From Nitrospinales bacterium (GTDB lineage: Bacteria; Nitrospinota; Nitrospinia; Nitrospinales; JAJDAT01): a DNA stretch of 48,988 bases. The stretch spans positions 1 to 48,988 of the forward strand of contig JBHHYO010000012.1 in assembly GCA_046757665.1 (NCBI GenBank). The letters run 5' to 3'. The position numbers and the translations under genes were made by a program. Shown piece by piece: positions 9,240-19,417 of the stretch. The notes under the pieces were generated by a model. It had not been told where the DNA came from and made no database searches. It was given only the letters and a program-made list of their open reading frames with translations. Positions within the stretch are counted from its first letter, which is position 1. Every line of letters begins with the position of its first letter.

Positions 9240-9647
9240 ATGCCTGAGAACCGTCTGATTTTTATTTCGGAAAACATATTTAGAATCCAGCCGGAGGACC
9301 GTATTGTGGGGTCTTTCCTCTATGACAAGCACAAAGAAGTTATCGCCAAAATCGAGGGCCTTGTTCTGGAACGTGAAATTTATCTGCCGCGCTTTTTGGT
9401 GATTACCCAAGGAGGGTTCCTCGACATACGAGGCAAAAAAATCCTTCTGCCGCGCGCGGCTTATGAGGTGGCCGACCTGGGAGAGGTAAAAACCACCTGG
9501 TCCCGGCAATCGTTGCAGGACGCCCCCACATCCCATGATTTGCATAACATTTCCATCGCGGAAGAAGAGCGGATTTTCAGCTATTTCGATCTCCCGCCTT
9601 ACTGGACGACCGACCGGGAGCAGGAGGGCTCCGGAAACCGGTCCTGA
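9240..9647 (+). CDS. PRC-barrel domain protein
   Basis: IVGSFLYDKHKEVIAKIEGLVL…RFLVITQGGFLDIRGKKILLP pattern; C-terminal EERIFSYFDLPPYW. Confidence 0.7.
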   Translation: MPENRLIFISENIFRIQPEDRIVGSFLYDKHKEVIAKIEGLVLEREIYLPRFLVITQGGFLDIRGKKILLPRAAYEVADLGEVKTTWSRQSLQDAPTSHDLHNISIAEEERIFSYFDLPPYWTTDREQEGSGNRS

Positions 9648-9683
9648 GCGACCGCCCGGCCTTCATCAATACCGAACCCGCCT

Positions 9684-10775
9684 CTACTTCAGCCTGTTTT
9701 CCACAATTATTTTTTCCACGGCTTCCATTACATCCTTCACGCTGATATCTTCTATGCAAAAAGGTCTGTTGTGGGACGACGGTTTGCATTCCTTGAAAAA
9801 CTTCTGCCGGCAGGGCGAGCAAGGATAATTTCTGGTAACCGGCGCTTGCCGGCGCGGGTCGATATACGGTCCGGTCGTGGCGGGATTTCCCGGCCCGAAT
9901 ATTCCCACGAGCGGAGTCCCGACCATGGCGGCCATGTGCATCATGCCGCTGTCGTTGCCGATAAAAAACCTGCTCCTTTTAATCGCCGCGGCTGTTTCCT
10001 TGAGGCTTAAACCCAGCAAACTAAAAACCGTGCCGGCGGGACAACCATTGATGATCTGCCCGACAACTCCGGCATCCTGATCGTTGCCCAGAAGAATGAT
10101 CCGGGCGTGATATTCCTTGATGAGTTTCTGGCACAAAATACCGTATCGCTCTACATGCCAGGTTCGAGGCAACTTCGACCCTCCCGGATGGACGGCAATG
10201 CAAAAGACTTTTTCATTAATTCCAATGCGGGAAAAATAATCGCTGACGGAATCGTTTACTTCCCTCGCAATGGGAAACTCCAGGTGGGTCGGCAAATCGA
10301 CGATTCCAAGACTCGATAGAATATGGAAAAAATATTTGACGCGGTGTTCTGTTTTGGATTCGCTTGAAGCCGCGCTGGGGTGGGTCAGGAGGAGCCCTCT
10401 CATTTCGGTATTGTAGCCCAAACGGATTTTCGCGCCCGCAAGATACATCAGGAGCGCGGCACGAAAAGAATTGGGAAACACAATGCCCAGATCGAAGTTG
10501 TAGTATCTTAACCCACGGGCAAAATGAACTTGATCCGGAAAACCGCTGTTTTCACCGGTGGGACTTTTGATAACCGAGTCGATGGCAGGATGCCCCATGA
10601 GCAGTTCCTGGATAGGCGGTTTGACCACCGCGGTAATTCTGGCGTCTTGAAATTTGTCATGCAGTGCCTGGATGGCGGGGAGCGAAAGAATGACATCGCC
10701 TATCCAGTTTGGAAGCCACAAAAGGATATTGTGGTTTTTTTTTTCATTCAATAAAATTTTCGGCGGCGGTTTCAT
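9684..10775 (-). CDS. waaF: LPS heptosyltransferase II (GT9)
   Basis: PNWIGDVILS, FPNSFRAA, HPGGS, IGNDSGMMHMAAMVGTPLVGIFGP motifs. Confidence 0.88.
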   Translation of the reverse strand: MKPPPKILLNEKKNHNILLWLPNWIGDVILSLPAIQALHDKFQDARITAVVKPPIQELLMGHPAIDSVIKSPTGENSGFPDQVHFARGLRYYNFDLGIVFPNSFRAALLMYLAGAKIRLGYNTEMRGLLLTHPSAASSESKTEHRVKYFFHILSSLGIVDLPTHLEFPIAREVNDSVSDYFSRIGINEKVFCIAVHPGGSKLPRTWHVERYGILCQKLIKEYHARIILLGNDQDAGVVGQIINGCPAGTVFSLLGLSLKETAAAIKRSRFFIGNDSGMMHMAAMVGTPLVGIFGPGNPATTGPYIDPRRQAPVTRNYPCSPCRQKFFKECKPSSHNRPFCIEDISVKDVMEAVEKIIVENRLK

Positions 10776-12029
10776 TCAGCTTTCGCGGCGGACGACGGCT
10801 CCCAGCCGAGCCAGTTTTTTTTCCATGTTCTCGTATCCCCGGTCGATATGATAAATACGGGAAATGGTCGATTCGCCCCGCGCGGCAAGAGCCGCCAGGA
10901 CAAGGGAGGCGCTGGCGCGCAGGTCCGTAGCCATGACGGGGGCTCCGCTTAAATATTTCACTCCCTGGATGATGGCGGTATTCCCCCGCAAGGTTATGTC
11001 CGCGCCCATACGCTTCAGCTCCGCCGCGTGCATGAAGCGGTTTTCAAACACCGTTTCCACCATAATGCTCTGGCCCTCGGCCAGGGTCATCATGGCCATG
11101 AACTGCGCCTGAAAATCGGTGGGAAACCCCGGGTATGGCTGGGTCGTGATATTCGCGGCGGACCAGGATTCCCGGCCTCGAACTTTGATGGAAGACGAAT
11201 TGACTTCAACCTGCGTTCCTGTTTCCATCAACTTGAGAATAAGGGTCTCCAGATGCTGGGGGATGCAATTGTGAATTTCCACGTTTCCCCGCGTCATGGC
11301 CGCGGCGATCATATAGGTGCCGGTTTCAATGCGGTCGGGCGGGATGCGGCACTCGATCGGTTTGAGCGAGGAGACGCCTTGAATGATAATGGTGTCGCTA
11401 CCGGCGCCTTCGATTTTAGCTCCGGCCCGGTTGAGTACGTCAGCGAGGAAAACCACTTCCGGCTCCCTGGCGACGTTTTCCAGCAAGGTTTCTCCATCAG
11501 CCAGGACGGCGGCCATCATGGCGTTAGCCGTCCCGGTTACGGAAACCGTGTCGAAATAATAGCGGATGCCCCTGAGTTTTTTTGCCGTCCCCCGGATATA
11601 GCCTCCTTCCAGCGCAATTTCCGCGCCCATGGCGGCAAAGGCTTTGAGATGCAAATCAATGGGCCGGGCGCCGATGGCGCATCCTCCGGGCAGTGAAACT
11701 CTCGCCTCCCCCAAGCGGGCCAACAAGGGACCCAAAACCATGCAGGACGCCCGCATCGTGGACACCAGATCGTATGGCGCCTCGGGATTGTCGACCGCCG
11801 ACGAGTCGAGAACAATCTCATCGGCTTCAAAACGATCGACCTTGCCGCCAAGTTCCCGGATAAGGCGCACCATGGTGGTCACGTCACGCACACGGGGAAT
11901 GTTGGTAATCCTGTTTTTACCCGACGTCAGAATGGTCGCCGCCAGAATGGGCAATACCGCATTCTTGGCGCCGCTGACGTTCACCGAACCGTGCAGGGGG
12001 AAACCCCCGTTGACGACGATCTTATCCAT
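10776..12029 (-). CDS. murA: UDP-N-acetylglucosamine 1-carboxyvinyltransferase
   Basis: MDKIVV start, GAKNAVLP, PGGCAIGARP catalytic Cys loop, HIDRGYE. Confidence 0.97.
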   Translation of the reverse strand: MDKIVVNGGFPLHGSVNVSGAKNAVLPILAATILTSGKNRITNIPRVRDVTTMVRLIRELGGKVDRFEADEIVLDSSAVDNPEAPYDLVSTMRASCMVLGPLLARLGEARVSLPGGCAIGARPIDLHLKAFAAMGAEIALEGGYIRGTAKKLRGIRYYFDTVSVTGTANAMMAAVLADGETLLENVAREPEVVFLADVLNRAGAKIEGAGSDTIIIQGVSSLKPIECRIPPDRIETGTYMIAAAMTRGNVEIHNCIPQHLETLILKLMETGTQVEVNSSSIKVRGRESWSAANITTQPYPGFPTDFQAQFMAMMTLAEGQSIMVETVFENRFMHAAELKRMGADITLRGNTAIIQGVKYLSGAPVMATDLRASASLVLAALAARGESTISRIYHIDRGYENMEKKLARLGAVVRRES

Positions 12030-12909
12030 GCGCTTTTTTTCTGGCCGCAACCACCCGGGGGTAACCGCTGTAGTCCGGGTGGACCTCGGGTGGTTCGAAG
12101 TCGGCGGTTTTCTCGACAAGTTGCAGTATGGCGTCGGCTTGCCCACATTCGATTTCCAGGATCAGCCAACCCCGGGGATTGAGGAAGCGCCCGGCTTGCG
12201 GAATAATATTTTCATAAACCTCAAGCCCGTTGCTTCCTCCATCGAGAGCCAGCCTGGGTTCGAAATCCTTCACCTCCGGCATCAAGCGTTCGAGGGTTGC
12301 CGTATCAATATAAGGTGGATTGGACACAATGCAATCAAAGGGGGCGAGGTTTGTTGTCCGAACGCTTTCAAACAAATGGCCGCGCAAGAACCGGATTTGC
12401 CCGGCCACCTGGTGCGTCCCGGCATTCTGCCGGGCGACGGCGAGGGCATTTTCGGAAACATCCACGGCGGCAACATGGCTGTCCGGGATTTCCCTGGCAA
12501 CCGCGACGGCGATATTTCCCGCACCGACGCCCAGGTCCAAAATTTTTGGAGCAGGTTTTCGCGGACCGGCAGAGAGGCGTTTTAACACGTGTTCCACCAG
12601 GATTTCGGTTTCGGGGCGGGGGATCAAGACATGCGGATTCACCTTGAAATCCAGCGACCAAAACTCCCGCCGGCCCAGGATATAATGCACCGGTTCCCGT
12701 GCCGCCCGGCGTTCGACCGCGCCGCGGCATTCGGCCAGCTCGCTTGCGCTGACCGGCCGGTCCGGTTCAAGGTAAATTGCGTGTCGTCCGGCGCATCCCA
12801 GGGTCTCCGCAACCAGAAGCTCGCTGTCCGGACGAGGTTGCTCCACGCCTGCTTTCGTCAAACAGCCGATTGACCATTTCAACAGGTTTTCAGCGGTCCA
12901 TTGCATCAT
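12022..12909 (-). CDS. prmC: Release factor glutamine methyltransferase
   Basis: VLIPRPETE, LDLGVGAG SAM motif, VSNPPY; follows prfA; start uncertain (12906-12918). Confidence 0.95.
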   Translation of the reverse strand: MMQWTAENLLKWSIGCLTKAGVEQPRPDSELLVAETLGCAGRHAIYLEPDRPVSASELAECRGAVERRAAREPVHYILGRREFWSLDFKVNPHVLIPRPETEILVEHVLKRLSAGPRKPAPKILDLGVGAGNIAVAVAREIPDSHVAAVDVSENALAVARQNAGTHQVAGQIRFLRGHLFESVRTTNLAPFDCIVSNPPYIDTATLERLMPEVKDFEPRLALDGGSNGLEVYENIIPQAGRFLNPRGWLILEIECGQADAILQLVEKTADFEPPEVHPDYSGYPRVVAARKKAHG

Positions 12910-12919
12910 GGAAACCAAT

Positions 12920-14020
12920 TCAAGGATTGGGAACGGGAGATTTTTCGGTTTGCGGCCGGTTGTGCTTCAGGGCTTCCGTCTGGTGATAAAGCACGAGTTG
13001 TTCGATGAGTTCATCGAGATCGCCCTGAAGCATAGATGAAAGCTTGTGTAGCGTCAACCCAATGCGGTGATCGGTGACACGCTCCTGCGGAAAATTGTAA
13101 GTGCGAATGCGTTCGCTTCGATCGCCACTACCAACCTGTTGTTTTCGGTTCCGCGCAAGCTCTTCCTGCTGTTTTCGCTGTTCCAGGTCGAACAACCTGG
13201 CGCGCAATACTTTCATTCCCCTTTCCTTGTTTTTGTGTTGCGACTTTTCGTCCTGACAGGAAATGACCAGGCCGGTGGGGATGTGGGTAATGCGCACGGC
13301 GGAATCCGTCGTATTGACACTCTGTCCTCCGGGCCCCGAGGATCGAAAGACATCGATTTTCAAATCAGCGGGATTGATCTTGAGGTCAATTTCCCCGGCT
13401 TCGGGAAGAATGGCGACGGTCACGGCGGATGTGTGGATACGGCCCTGGGTTTCGGTTTCCGGCACTCTTTGAACGCGGTGCGTGCCGCTTTCGTATTTTA
13501 ATTTGCTGTAGACCTTGTCGCCGCGAATGTTGAGAATGATTTCTTTATACCCCCCCTTCCCCGTAGCGTTGGCGCTGAGCGTTTCGGTTTTCCATTTTCT
13601 GGACTCGGCAAAGCGGGTGTACATTCGGAACAAATCGGCGCAGAACAAAGCGGCTTCCTCCCCGCCGGTGCCGGCGCGGATTTCCATGATCACGTTTTTT
13701 GCATCGCGCGGATCGCTGGGTAGCAACAGGACTTTCAGGCGGGTAATCACTGCCTCACGGCGTTCTTTCAAACTTTCGATTTCGGCGCGCGCGAGGGCTT
13801 TCAGTTCGGGATCGGTTTCTTCTCTCACGACACGTTCGTTTTCCTCCGTTTCGCGGTCGATCCGCTGTAATTCCGCATATTCCCGGACGATCTCGGCCAA
13901 TTCGGAATGCTCGCGCGCGTATTTCTGAAACTCGGCTTGTTGGGCAATGACGCCGGGATCGCTCAGCAACCGGTTCAATTCGTCATAGCGTTTTTTAACG
14001 GCTTCCAGGTTTTTCAGCAT
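12920..14020 (-). CDS. prfA: Peptide chain release factor 1
   Basis: PxT (VPET) motif, [15 protein letters not shown]. Confidence 0.97.
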   Translation of the reverse strand: MLKNLEAVKKRYDELNRLLSDPGVIAQQAEFQKYAREHSELAEIVREYAELQRIDRETEENERVVREETDPELKALARAEIESLKERREAVITRLKVLLLPSDPRDAKNVIMEIRAGTGGEEAALFCADLFRMYTRFAESRKWKTETLSANATGKGGYKEIILNIRGDKVYSKLKYESGTHRVQRVPETETQGRIHTSAVTVAILPEAGEIDLKINPADLKIDVFRSSGPGGQSVNTTDSAVRITHIPTGLVISCQDEKSQHKNKERGMKVLRARLFDLEQRKQQEELARNRKQQVGSGDRSERIRTYNFPQERVTDHRIGLTLHKLSSMLQGDLDELIEQLVLYHQTEALKHNRPQTEKSPVPNP

Positions 14021-14157
14021 GGGCTTTTCGGCTTCCTTCCATCAATCGACCGCCAATCGAGGGGCGGCGCGGAATGGAAATCAAGTTTGAACCGGATTTA
14101 AACGAGAACACCCAAAGGGAATGATTGCAAAGATAACCGCTCCGGACGAAACGCCGG

Positions 14158-14460
14158 TTATTGGGGGGCGGGGGTTTCCTGGGGAATTTCCTGGGGGGAT
14201 TCCGGCGCCGGGGTGTTCTGTTTCCCGGCCTTGGCGGCGGACTGCTTTTTTTTCAGCTCCAGGCCTTTTTGAAATTTGCGGTTGAACTTGTCGATACGAC
14301 CCGCCGTATCCACCAATTTCTGCTTGCCGGTGTAAAACGGATGACAGTTGGAGCAAATCTCCACCTGAATATTTTTTGACGCGGCGCCCACGGTGATCTC
14401 ATGTCCGCACGCGCATTTGACGGTGACTTCAAAATATTTCGGATGAATCTTCGGCTTCAT
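14158..14460 (-). CDS. rpmE: 50S ribosomal protein L31 (Zn-binding type) with C-terminal extension
   Basis: [26 protein letters not shown]. Confidence 0.96.
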   Translation of the reverse strand: MKPKIHPKYFEVTVKCACGHEITVGAASKNIQVEICSNCHPFYTGKQKLVDTAGRIDKFNRKFQKGLELKKKQSAAKAGKQNTPAPESPQEIPQETPAPQ

Positions 14461-14471
14461 TGTTTTCCCGG

Positions 14472-15722
14472 TTACGAGTTCATGGACTGCAGGAATTCCT
14501 GATTGCTCTTGGTTTCTTTAAGTTTTTCGAGGAGAAGCTCCATAGTATCAATGATTCCCATCGGCAGCAAGACTTTTCTCAACAACCAGACCCGTTGCAG
14601 TTCCTCCTCGCTCAGGAGCAACTCTTCCTTGCGCGTACCGGAACGGTTGATGTCGATGGCGGGGAACACTCTCTTGTCGGCCAGTCTGCGGTCGAGAACG
14701 ATTTCCAAATTGCCGGTTCCCTTGAATTCCTCGAAAATAACGTCATCCATGCGGCTACCGGTATCGATGAGGGCGGTGGCGATAATGGTCAAACTGCCTC
14801 CTTCTTCCAAGTTGCGCGCCGCGCCGAAAAACCGCTTTGGCCGTTGCAACGCATTGGAATCGACGCCGCCGGAGAGCACCTTGCCGCTGGGCGGCACGAT
14901 GGCGTTATAAGCCCGCGCCAAACGGGTGATACTGTCCAGCAAAATCACCACATCCTTTTTATGCTCCACCAGGCGCTTGGCTTTTTCGATCACCATTTCC
15001 GCGACTTGCACATGGCGTTGCGCGGGTTCGTCGAAGGTGGAACTGATCACCTCGCCCTTGACGGAGCGTTGCATGTCGGTCACTTCTTCCGGTCGTTCAT
15101 CGATCAGCAGAACGATCAAAATGACCTCCGGGAAATTGGTGCTGATACTGTTGGCGATGGATTGCAGGAGCATGGTTTTCCCGGTCCGCGGCGGCGCCAC
15201 GATGAGGCCGCGCTGACCCTTGCCAATGGGCGTCATCAAATCCATGATCCGGGCACTGTAATCCTTGCCCTCGGGAGTTTCCAGCAACAACCGCTCCTCC
15301 GGGTAGAGCGGAGTCAGATTGTCAAAAAGAATCTTGTCCTTGGTCTTTTCGGGATCCTCAAAGTTGATCGCCTCAACTTTCAGCAACGCAAAATACCGTT
15401 CGCCGTCCTTGGGCGGCCGGATTTGCCCGGAAATCGTGTCTCCGGTGTGCATGTCAAACTTGCGGATCTGCGACGGGGAAACATAAATGTCGTCGGGCCC
15501 CGGCAAGTAGTTGTAACTGGGAGTGCGCAAAAAACCAAAACCGTCCGGAAGAATCTCCAAAACTCCCTGACCGAACATCAGACCGTCTTTTTCAATACGG
15601 GCTTCAAGGATTTTAAAGATCAGGTCCTGTTTTCTCAATCCGCTGTGACCGGGGATTTTGAGTTCCTTGGCCAGCTTGGTTAATTCGGAGATGGTTTTGG
15701 CTTTTAAGGTTTCTATATTCAT
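14472..15722 (-). CDS. rho: Transcription termination factor Rho
   Basis: [45 protein letters not shown]. Confidence 0.98.
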   Translation of the reverse strand: MNIETLKAKTISELTKLAKELKIPGHSGLRKQDLIFKILEARIEKDGLMFGQGVLEILPDGFGFLRTPSYNYLPGPDDIYVSPSQIRKFDMHTGDTISGQIRPPKDGERYFALLKVEAINFEDPEKTKDKILFDNLTPLYPEERLLLETPEGKDYSARIMDLMTPIGKGQRGLIVAPPRTGKTMLLQSIANSISTNFPEVILIVLLIDERPEEVTDMQRSVKGEVISSTFDEPAQRHVQVAEMVIEKAKRLVEHKKDVVILLDSITRLARAYNAIVPPSGKVLSGGVDSNALQRPKRFFGAARNLEEGGSLTIIATALIDTGSRMDDVIFEEFKGTGNLEIVLDRRLADKRVFPAIDINRSGTRKEELLLSEEELQRVWLLRKVLLPMGIIDTMELLLEKLKETKSNQEFLQSMNS

Positions 15723-15945
15723 GGAGTGCGGTTAAATTTCAGGCAGGAAAACAAATTGATCTTGGGCTTTCGCCGCGGTTGAAATTTCTTTTGGAAAAAA
15801 ATTAGTAAGTTGAGTAATAAAAATAAGAGTGGAATTTGGTTGTTTGAAAAGACAAACCTTATTTGAAAAGGGATCTGTAGAATCTTCCTGGATTGTTTGC
15901 GTGTGGAAAGCCGAGGTTGCCTGGAATGGTCTAGGATTTGATTTC

Positions 15946-15974
15946 ACTTTATAAGTTCGCGTTCTCTTTGTCAA
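15946..15974 (-). promoter_or_regulatory. sigma70 promoter of rho with A-tract UP-like element
   Basis: TTGACA-N17-TAAAGT, preceded by A-tracts (15978-15991). Confidence 0.7.
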
Positions 15975-16087
15975 CGGTTTTTTTGTTTTTTCAGTCAAAA
16001 ACAAAAACCGCGATCCGGGGCGGCCCGGCAGGAAAATTGTCCGGGGTTGCCAGCAACTCTCTGTCCGGCAATCGGACGCCAACCGGT

Positions 16088-16116
16088 TTGACATCCCGAA
16101 AATGACTTTCTAAAAT
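16088..16116 (+). promoter_or_regulatory. sigma70 promoter for the radical SAM gene
   Basis: TTGACA-N17-TAAAAT, near consensus. Confidence 0.75.
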
Positions 16117-16196
16117 GAAGTCGGGCTACCACCGAACCTTTCAACGCGGATTGGCCCGCGGTTATCCTGCAATAGACAAAACCGCCCGGGAATACC

Positions 16197-17165
16197 ATGA
16201 CATCCTCAATCGGGGAATTCAAAATCGAGGCAACAAACTTCGGGCCTGCGTATCTGGAGCTTCATCGACGCGGGGAGCTGTGGCAACGCGCCCGGGAGGC
16301 GCTGGAACGCCTGGAGGATTGCCGGGTGTGCCCCAGAGATTGCGAGATCAACCGTCTGAAAGATGAAGCGGCGGTTTGCAAAACGGGGCGGTACAGTCTT
16401 GTTTCCAGCTGGTTCGCGCATTTCGGCGAGGAGGATTGCCTCAGGGGGGTTGAAGGCAGTGGCACGATTTTCTTTTCCATGTGCAATTTGCGCTGTGTTT
16501 TTTGCCAAAATGCCGACATCAGTCATTTCCGCGAGGGGACGGAGGCCCGGCCCCTGATCCTTGCCAAAATGATGCTCGACCTGCAAAAACGGGGATGCCA
16601 CAACATCAATTTCGTGACTCCGGAGCATGTGGTGCCGCAAATTCTGGAAGCACTGCCACATGCGGTGGAAATGGGTTTGCGGGTCCCCCTGGTATACAAC
16701 ACCGGCGCCTACGATTCCCTGGACAGCATCGAACTGATGGATGGCATCATCGATATCTACATGCCCGACTTTAAGTTTATGGATGCGGAACGGTCGAAGA
16801 AATACCTGAAAGCCGAAAACTATCCGGAAACGGCGCGGGCGGCGGTCAAGGCTATGCGCGCCCAGGTCGGCGATCTCGTCTTTGATGAAAACGGCCTTGC
16901 CAGACGCGGGGTTTTGGTGCGCCACCTGGTCATGCCGGGGTTCCTGGATGAGACGCGAAGCATCATGCGTTTTTTGTCCGAGGAAATCTCGCCGCACACC
17001 TACGTCAACATCATGGACCAATACCGGCCAGCCGCGCGCGTGGACGCCGGGAGATACACAGAAATCAACCGCCGTATTTCCGAAGATGAACTCAGGCAAG
17101 CTTATCAATGTGCCAGGGAGGCGGGGCTTTATCGTTTCGACAAACGCAAGCCTCTGCTAAGATGA
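16197..17165 (+). CDS. Radical SAM protein, PflX/COG1313-like
   Basis: N-terminal CRVCPRDC, HFGEEDCL..GSGTIFF, CNLRCVFCQN radical SAM motif, GCHNINFVTPEH, GVLVRHLVMPG, YVNIMDQYRP. Confidence 0.9.
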   Translation: MTSSIGEFKIEATNFGPAYLELHRRGELWQRAREALERLEDCRVCPRDCEINRLKDEAAVCKTGRYSLVSSWFAHFGEEDCLRGVEGSGTIFFSMCNLRCVFCQNADISHFREGTEARPLILAKMMLDLQKRGCHNINFVTPEHVVPQILEALPHAVEMGLRVPLVYNTGAYDSLDSIELMDGIIDIYMPDFKFMDAERSKKYLKAENYPETARAAVKAMRAQVGDLVFDENGLARRGVLVRHLVMPGFLDETRSIMRFLSEEISPHTYVNIMDQYRPAARVDAGRYTEINRRISEDELRQAYQCAREAGLYRFDKRKPLLR

Positions 17166-17276
17166 CCCTGGCTTGCGTAACAACCGGCGATTCATGATCG
17201 GCAAGACTGAACAACGAATGATCGAAATCCATTCGATTCTCAGACGTTTTCTTCTCGAAAGGAAAAACGGATTCTC

Positions 17277-17696
17277 ATGAAAACCAACCACAAGGACAAG
17301 GGCAACGATTCGGGTCAATGCGCGAAATGCCTGCCGGCAATATGTTGCAATTATTTTGCCTTTGAAATCGACGAGCCGGAAACGCGGAAGGATTTTGAAA
17401 GCTTGTTATGGCAAATCGCACACCAGAAAGTTTCCTTTTATATCTACCGCAAAAAATGGCACATCATGATTCATACCCGGTGCAATTTTTTGACGATGGA
17501 CAACCAGTGCGCGATCTATGAAAGCCGCCCTTATATTTGCCGCGAGCACAGCACGGAGAACTGTGAATACACGGGCGACGATTACGGGTTCAGCGAGCAT
17601 TTTAAAAGCTACGACGACCTGCTGGCCTATATCAAGGAGAATTACACGTTTCGTTTCAAACAGGAGCCGACGGGCGTCGCCCCGAATTGCGAATAG
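17277..17696 (+). CDS. YkgJ-family (CxxCxxCC) cysteine-cluster protein
   Basis: CAKCLPAICC…CNFL…CAIYESRPYICR pattern; AAAGGA SD. Confidence 0.85.
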   Translation: MKTNHKDKGNDSGQCAKCLPAICCNYFAFEIDEPETRKDFESLLWQIAHQKVSFYIYRKKWHIMIHTRCNFLTMDNQCAIYESRPYICREHSTENCEYTGDDYGFSEHFKSYDDLLAYIKENYTFRFKQEPTGVAPNCE

Positions 17697-17727
17697 CGGA
17701 GACCGGGGAAAAACAAGTGGAAGGGAG

Positions 17728-18246
17728 TTACTTTTTATCTTGTCTGGTTTTCGGCGTTGCTTTGGTTTTGCTCTTGGGTTTTGGTTTCCCGGTTTCGGTT
17801 TTTTGGGTAGCGGCGGGTTTCGCCTTGGGTGGCGTTTTTTTCCTGGCCGTTGCTCCGGCTTGCGCGGGTTTGGTTTTAGGCTCTTCGCCCTCGCGGTCCA
17901 CCAGTTCAATAAATGCCATGGGAGCGCAATCTCCCCGCCGGTTGCCGATTTTGATAATCCGGGTATAACCGCCGTTTCTGCCGGCATAACGTTCCGCCAG
18001 GGGACCAAATATTTTCTGAACGATGGATTTTTCGGCCACCAGTTTGAAAGCCTGCCGGCGCGCATGCAGGGTGCCTTTCTTCCCCAGCGTGATGGTTTTT
18101 TCCACCTTGCCGCGCAACTCCTTGGCCTTGGCCAGGGTAGTGCGAATTTTTTCCCGCTGAATCAGCGCGGTTACCATGTTGCGAAACAAGGCTTTTCTAT
18201 GGGCGGAAGTCCGCCCCAGTTTTCTGCCGGCTTTTAAATGACGCAT
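17728..18246 (-). CDS. rplQ: 50S ribosomal protein L17 with basic C-terminal tail
   Basis: [25 protein letters not shown]. Confidence 0.97.
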   Translation of the reverse strand: MRHLKAGRKLGRTSAHRKALFRNMVTALIQREKIRTTLAKAKELRGKVEKTITLGKKGTLHARRQAFKLVAEKSIVQKIFGPLAERYAGRNGGYTRIIKIGNRRGDCAPMAFIELVDREGEEPKTKPAQAGATARKKTPPKAKPAATQKTETGKPKPKSKTKATPKTRQDKK

Positions 18247-18297
18247 GAGTCCGCTAAATCTCCACTCAGGGTTCGGTGTTCTCGGGGCAAGCGATTT

Positions 18298-19317
18298 TTA
18301 TTCGCCCTCACTCTCGACATCTCTCTTCTTTTTAGCCAAATTCAGCTGTTTCAAATCTTCCTCTTCAAGTTTCATTCCCAATGACAGCCCCATTCCTTCC
18401 AGGATTTCCTTGATTTCATTCAGGGATTTTCTGCCGAAGTTGCGGGTTTTGAGCATTTCAGAATCGTTTTTCTGCACCAGTTCGGCAATGGTTTGAATAT
18501 TGGCGTTTTTCAGACAATTGTATGACCGGACGGAGAGTTCGAGTTCTTCAACGCTCTTGCCGAGATAGGTCAGCATCTTTTGCTTTTTCTCATCAATCTT
18601 GGGCAGAACAGGTTCGGGCTCTTCGTCGAAATTGATGAAAAGTTGCATGTGATCCTTGATGATCTTCGCGGCATGAGCCACGGCGTCCTCGGGAGTGATA
18701 CTGCCGTCGGTCCACAACTCCATAACGAGGGAATCATAGTCCGAGGACTGGCCCACGCGGGTATTTTCGACGTGAAAGGTCACTTTCTCTATGGGCGAAA
18801 AAATGGCGTCGATAGGGATCAAGTGAACGGACTCCTCCTCGAAGACCTGTTGCTCGGCGGGAACATAGCCCAGGCCCTTGCGGACAATCATCTCAATATC
18901 CAGTTTGCCGTTGCTGTCGATGGTGGCGATGTGGAAATCCGGGTTCAGCAAACAAATGTCCGCGTCGGCGCTAACATGTTTGGCCAATATTTTCCCGGGC
19001 TGGTCCGCTTTCAGGTAAAGCCGTTTGATGTCGCTGTCCCCGTTGAATTTGAGCCTGACCTGCTTCAGGTTGAGGATGATATCGGTGACATCCTCGACAA
19101 CGCCGGGGATGGAGGAAAACTCGTGATAAATGCCTTCGAATTTCACTCCGACAATGGCGGCGCCCTGAATGGAAGACAGCAACATCCTGCGCAACGAGTT
19201 GCCGACGGTAATCCCAAAACCCCGCTCAAAAGGTCCAGCGGTAAATTTTGCGTAATGATCTGTCCTGGATTTCTTATCAAACTCCAGTCGTTTGGGTTTA
19301 ACAATCTCATACCCCAT
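18298..19317 (-). CDS. rpoA: RNA polymerase alpha subunit
   Basis: [39 protein letters not shown]. Confidence 0.98.
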   Translation of the reverse strand: MGYEIVKPKRLEFDKKSRTDHYAKFTAGPFERGFGITVGNSLRRMLLSSIQGAAIVGVKFEGIYHEFSSIPGVVEDVTDIILNLKQVRLKFNGDSDIKRLYLKADQPGKILAKHVSADADICLLNPDFHIATIDSNGKLDIEMIVRKGLGYVPAEQQVFEEESVHLIPIDAIFSPIEKVTFHVENTRVGQSSDYDSLVMELWTDGSITPEDAVAHAAKIIKDHMQLFINFDEEPEPVLPKIDEKKQKMLTYLGKSVEELELSVRSYNCLKNANIQTIAELVQKNDSEMLKTRNFGRKSLNEIKEILEGMGLSLGMKLEEEDLKQLNLAKKKRDVESEGE

Positions 19318-19417
19318 ACAATAAAACCTCCAATACGGTTATCTTATCCGAAATTTCATGAGCTACTAAAAGCTTTCTTTTGTTAGGCCCCGCTTGACGT
19401 CACCCCCGGGCGCAAGG

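Noticed and set aside
15732..16094. 120-aa ORF upstream of rho
   Set aside because: Spans the rho promoter and rut-like leader, has no SD and atypical composition; better explained as non-coding
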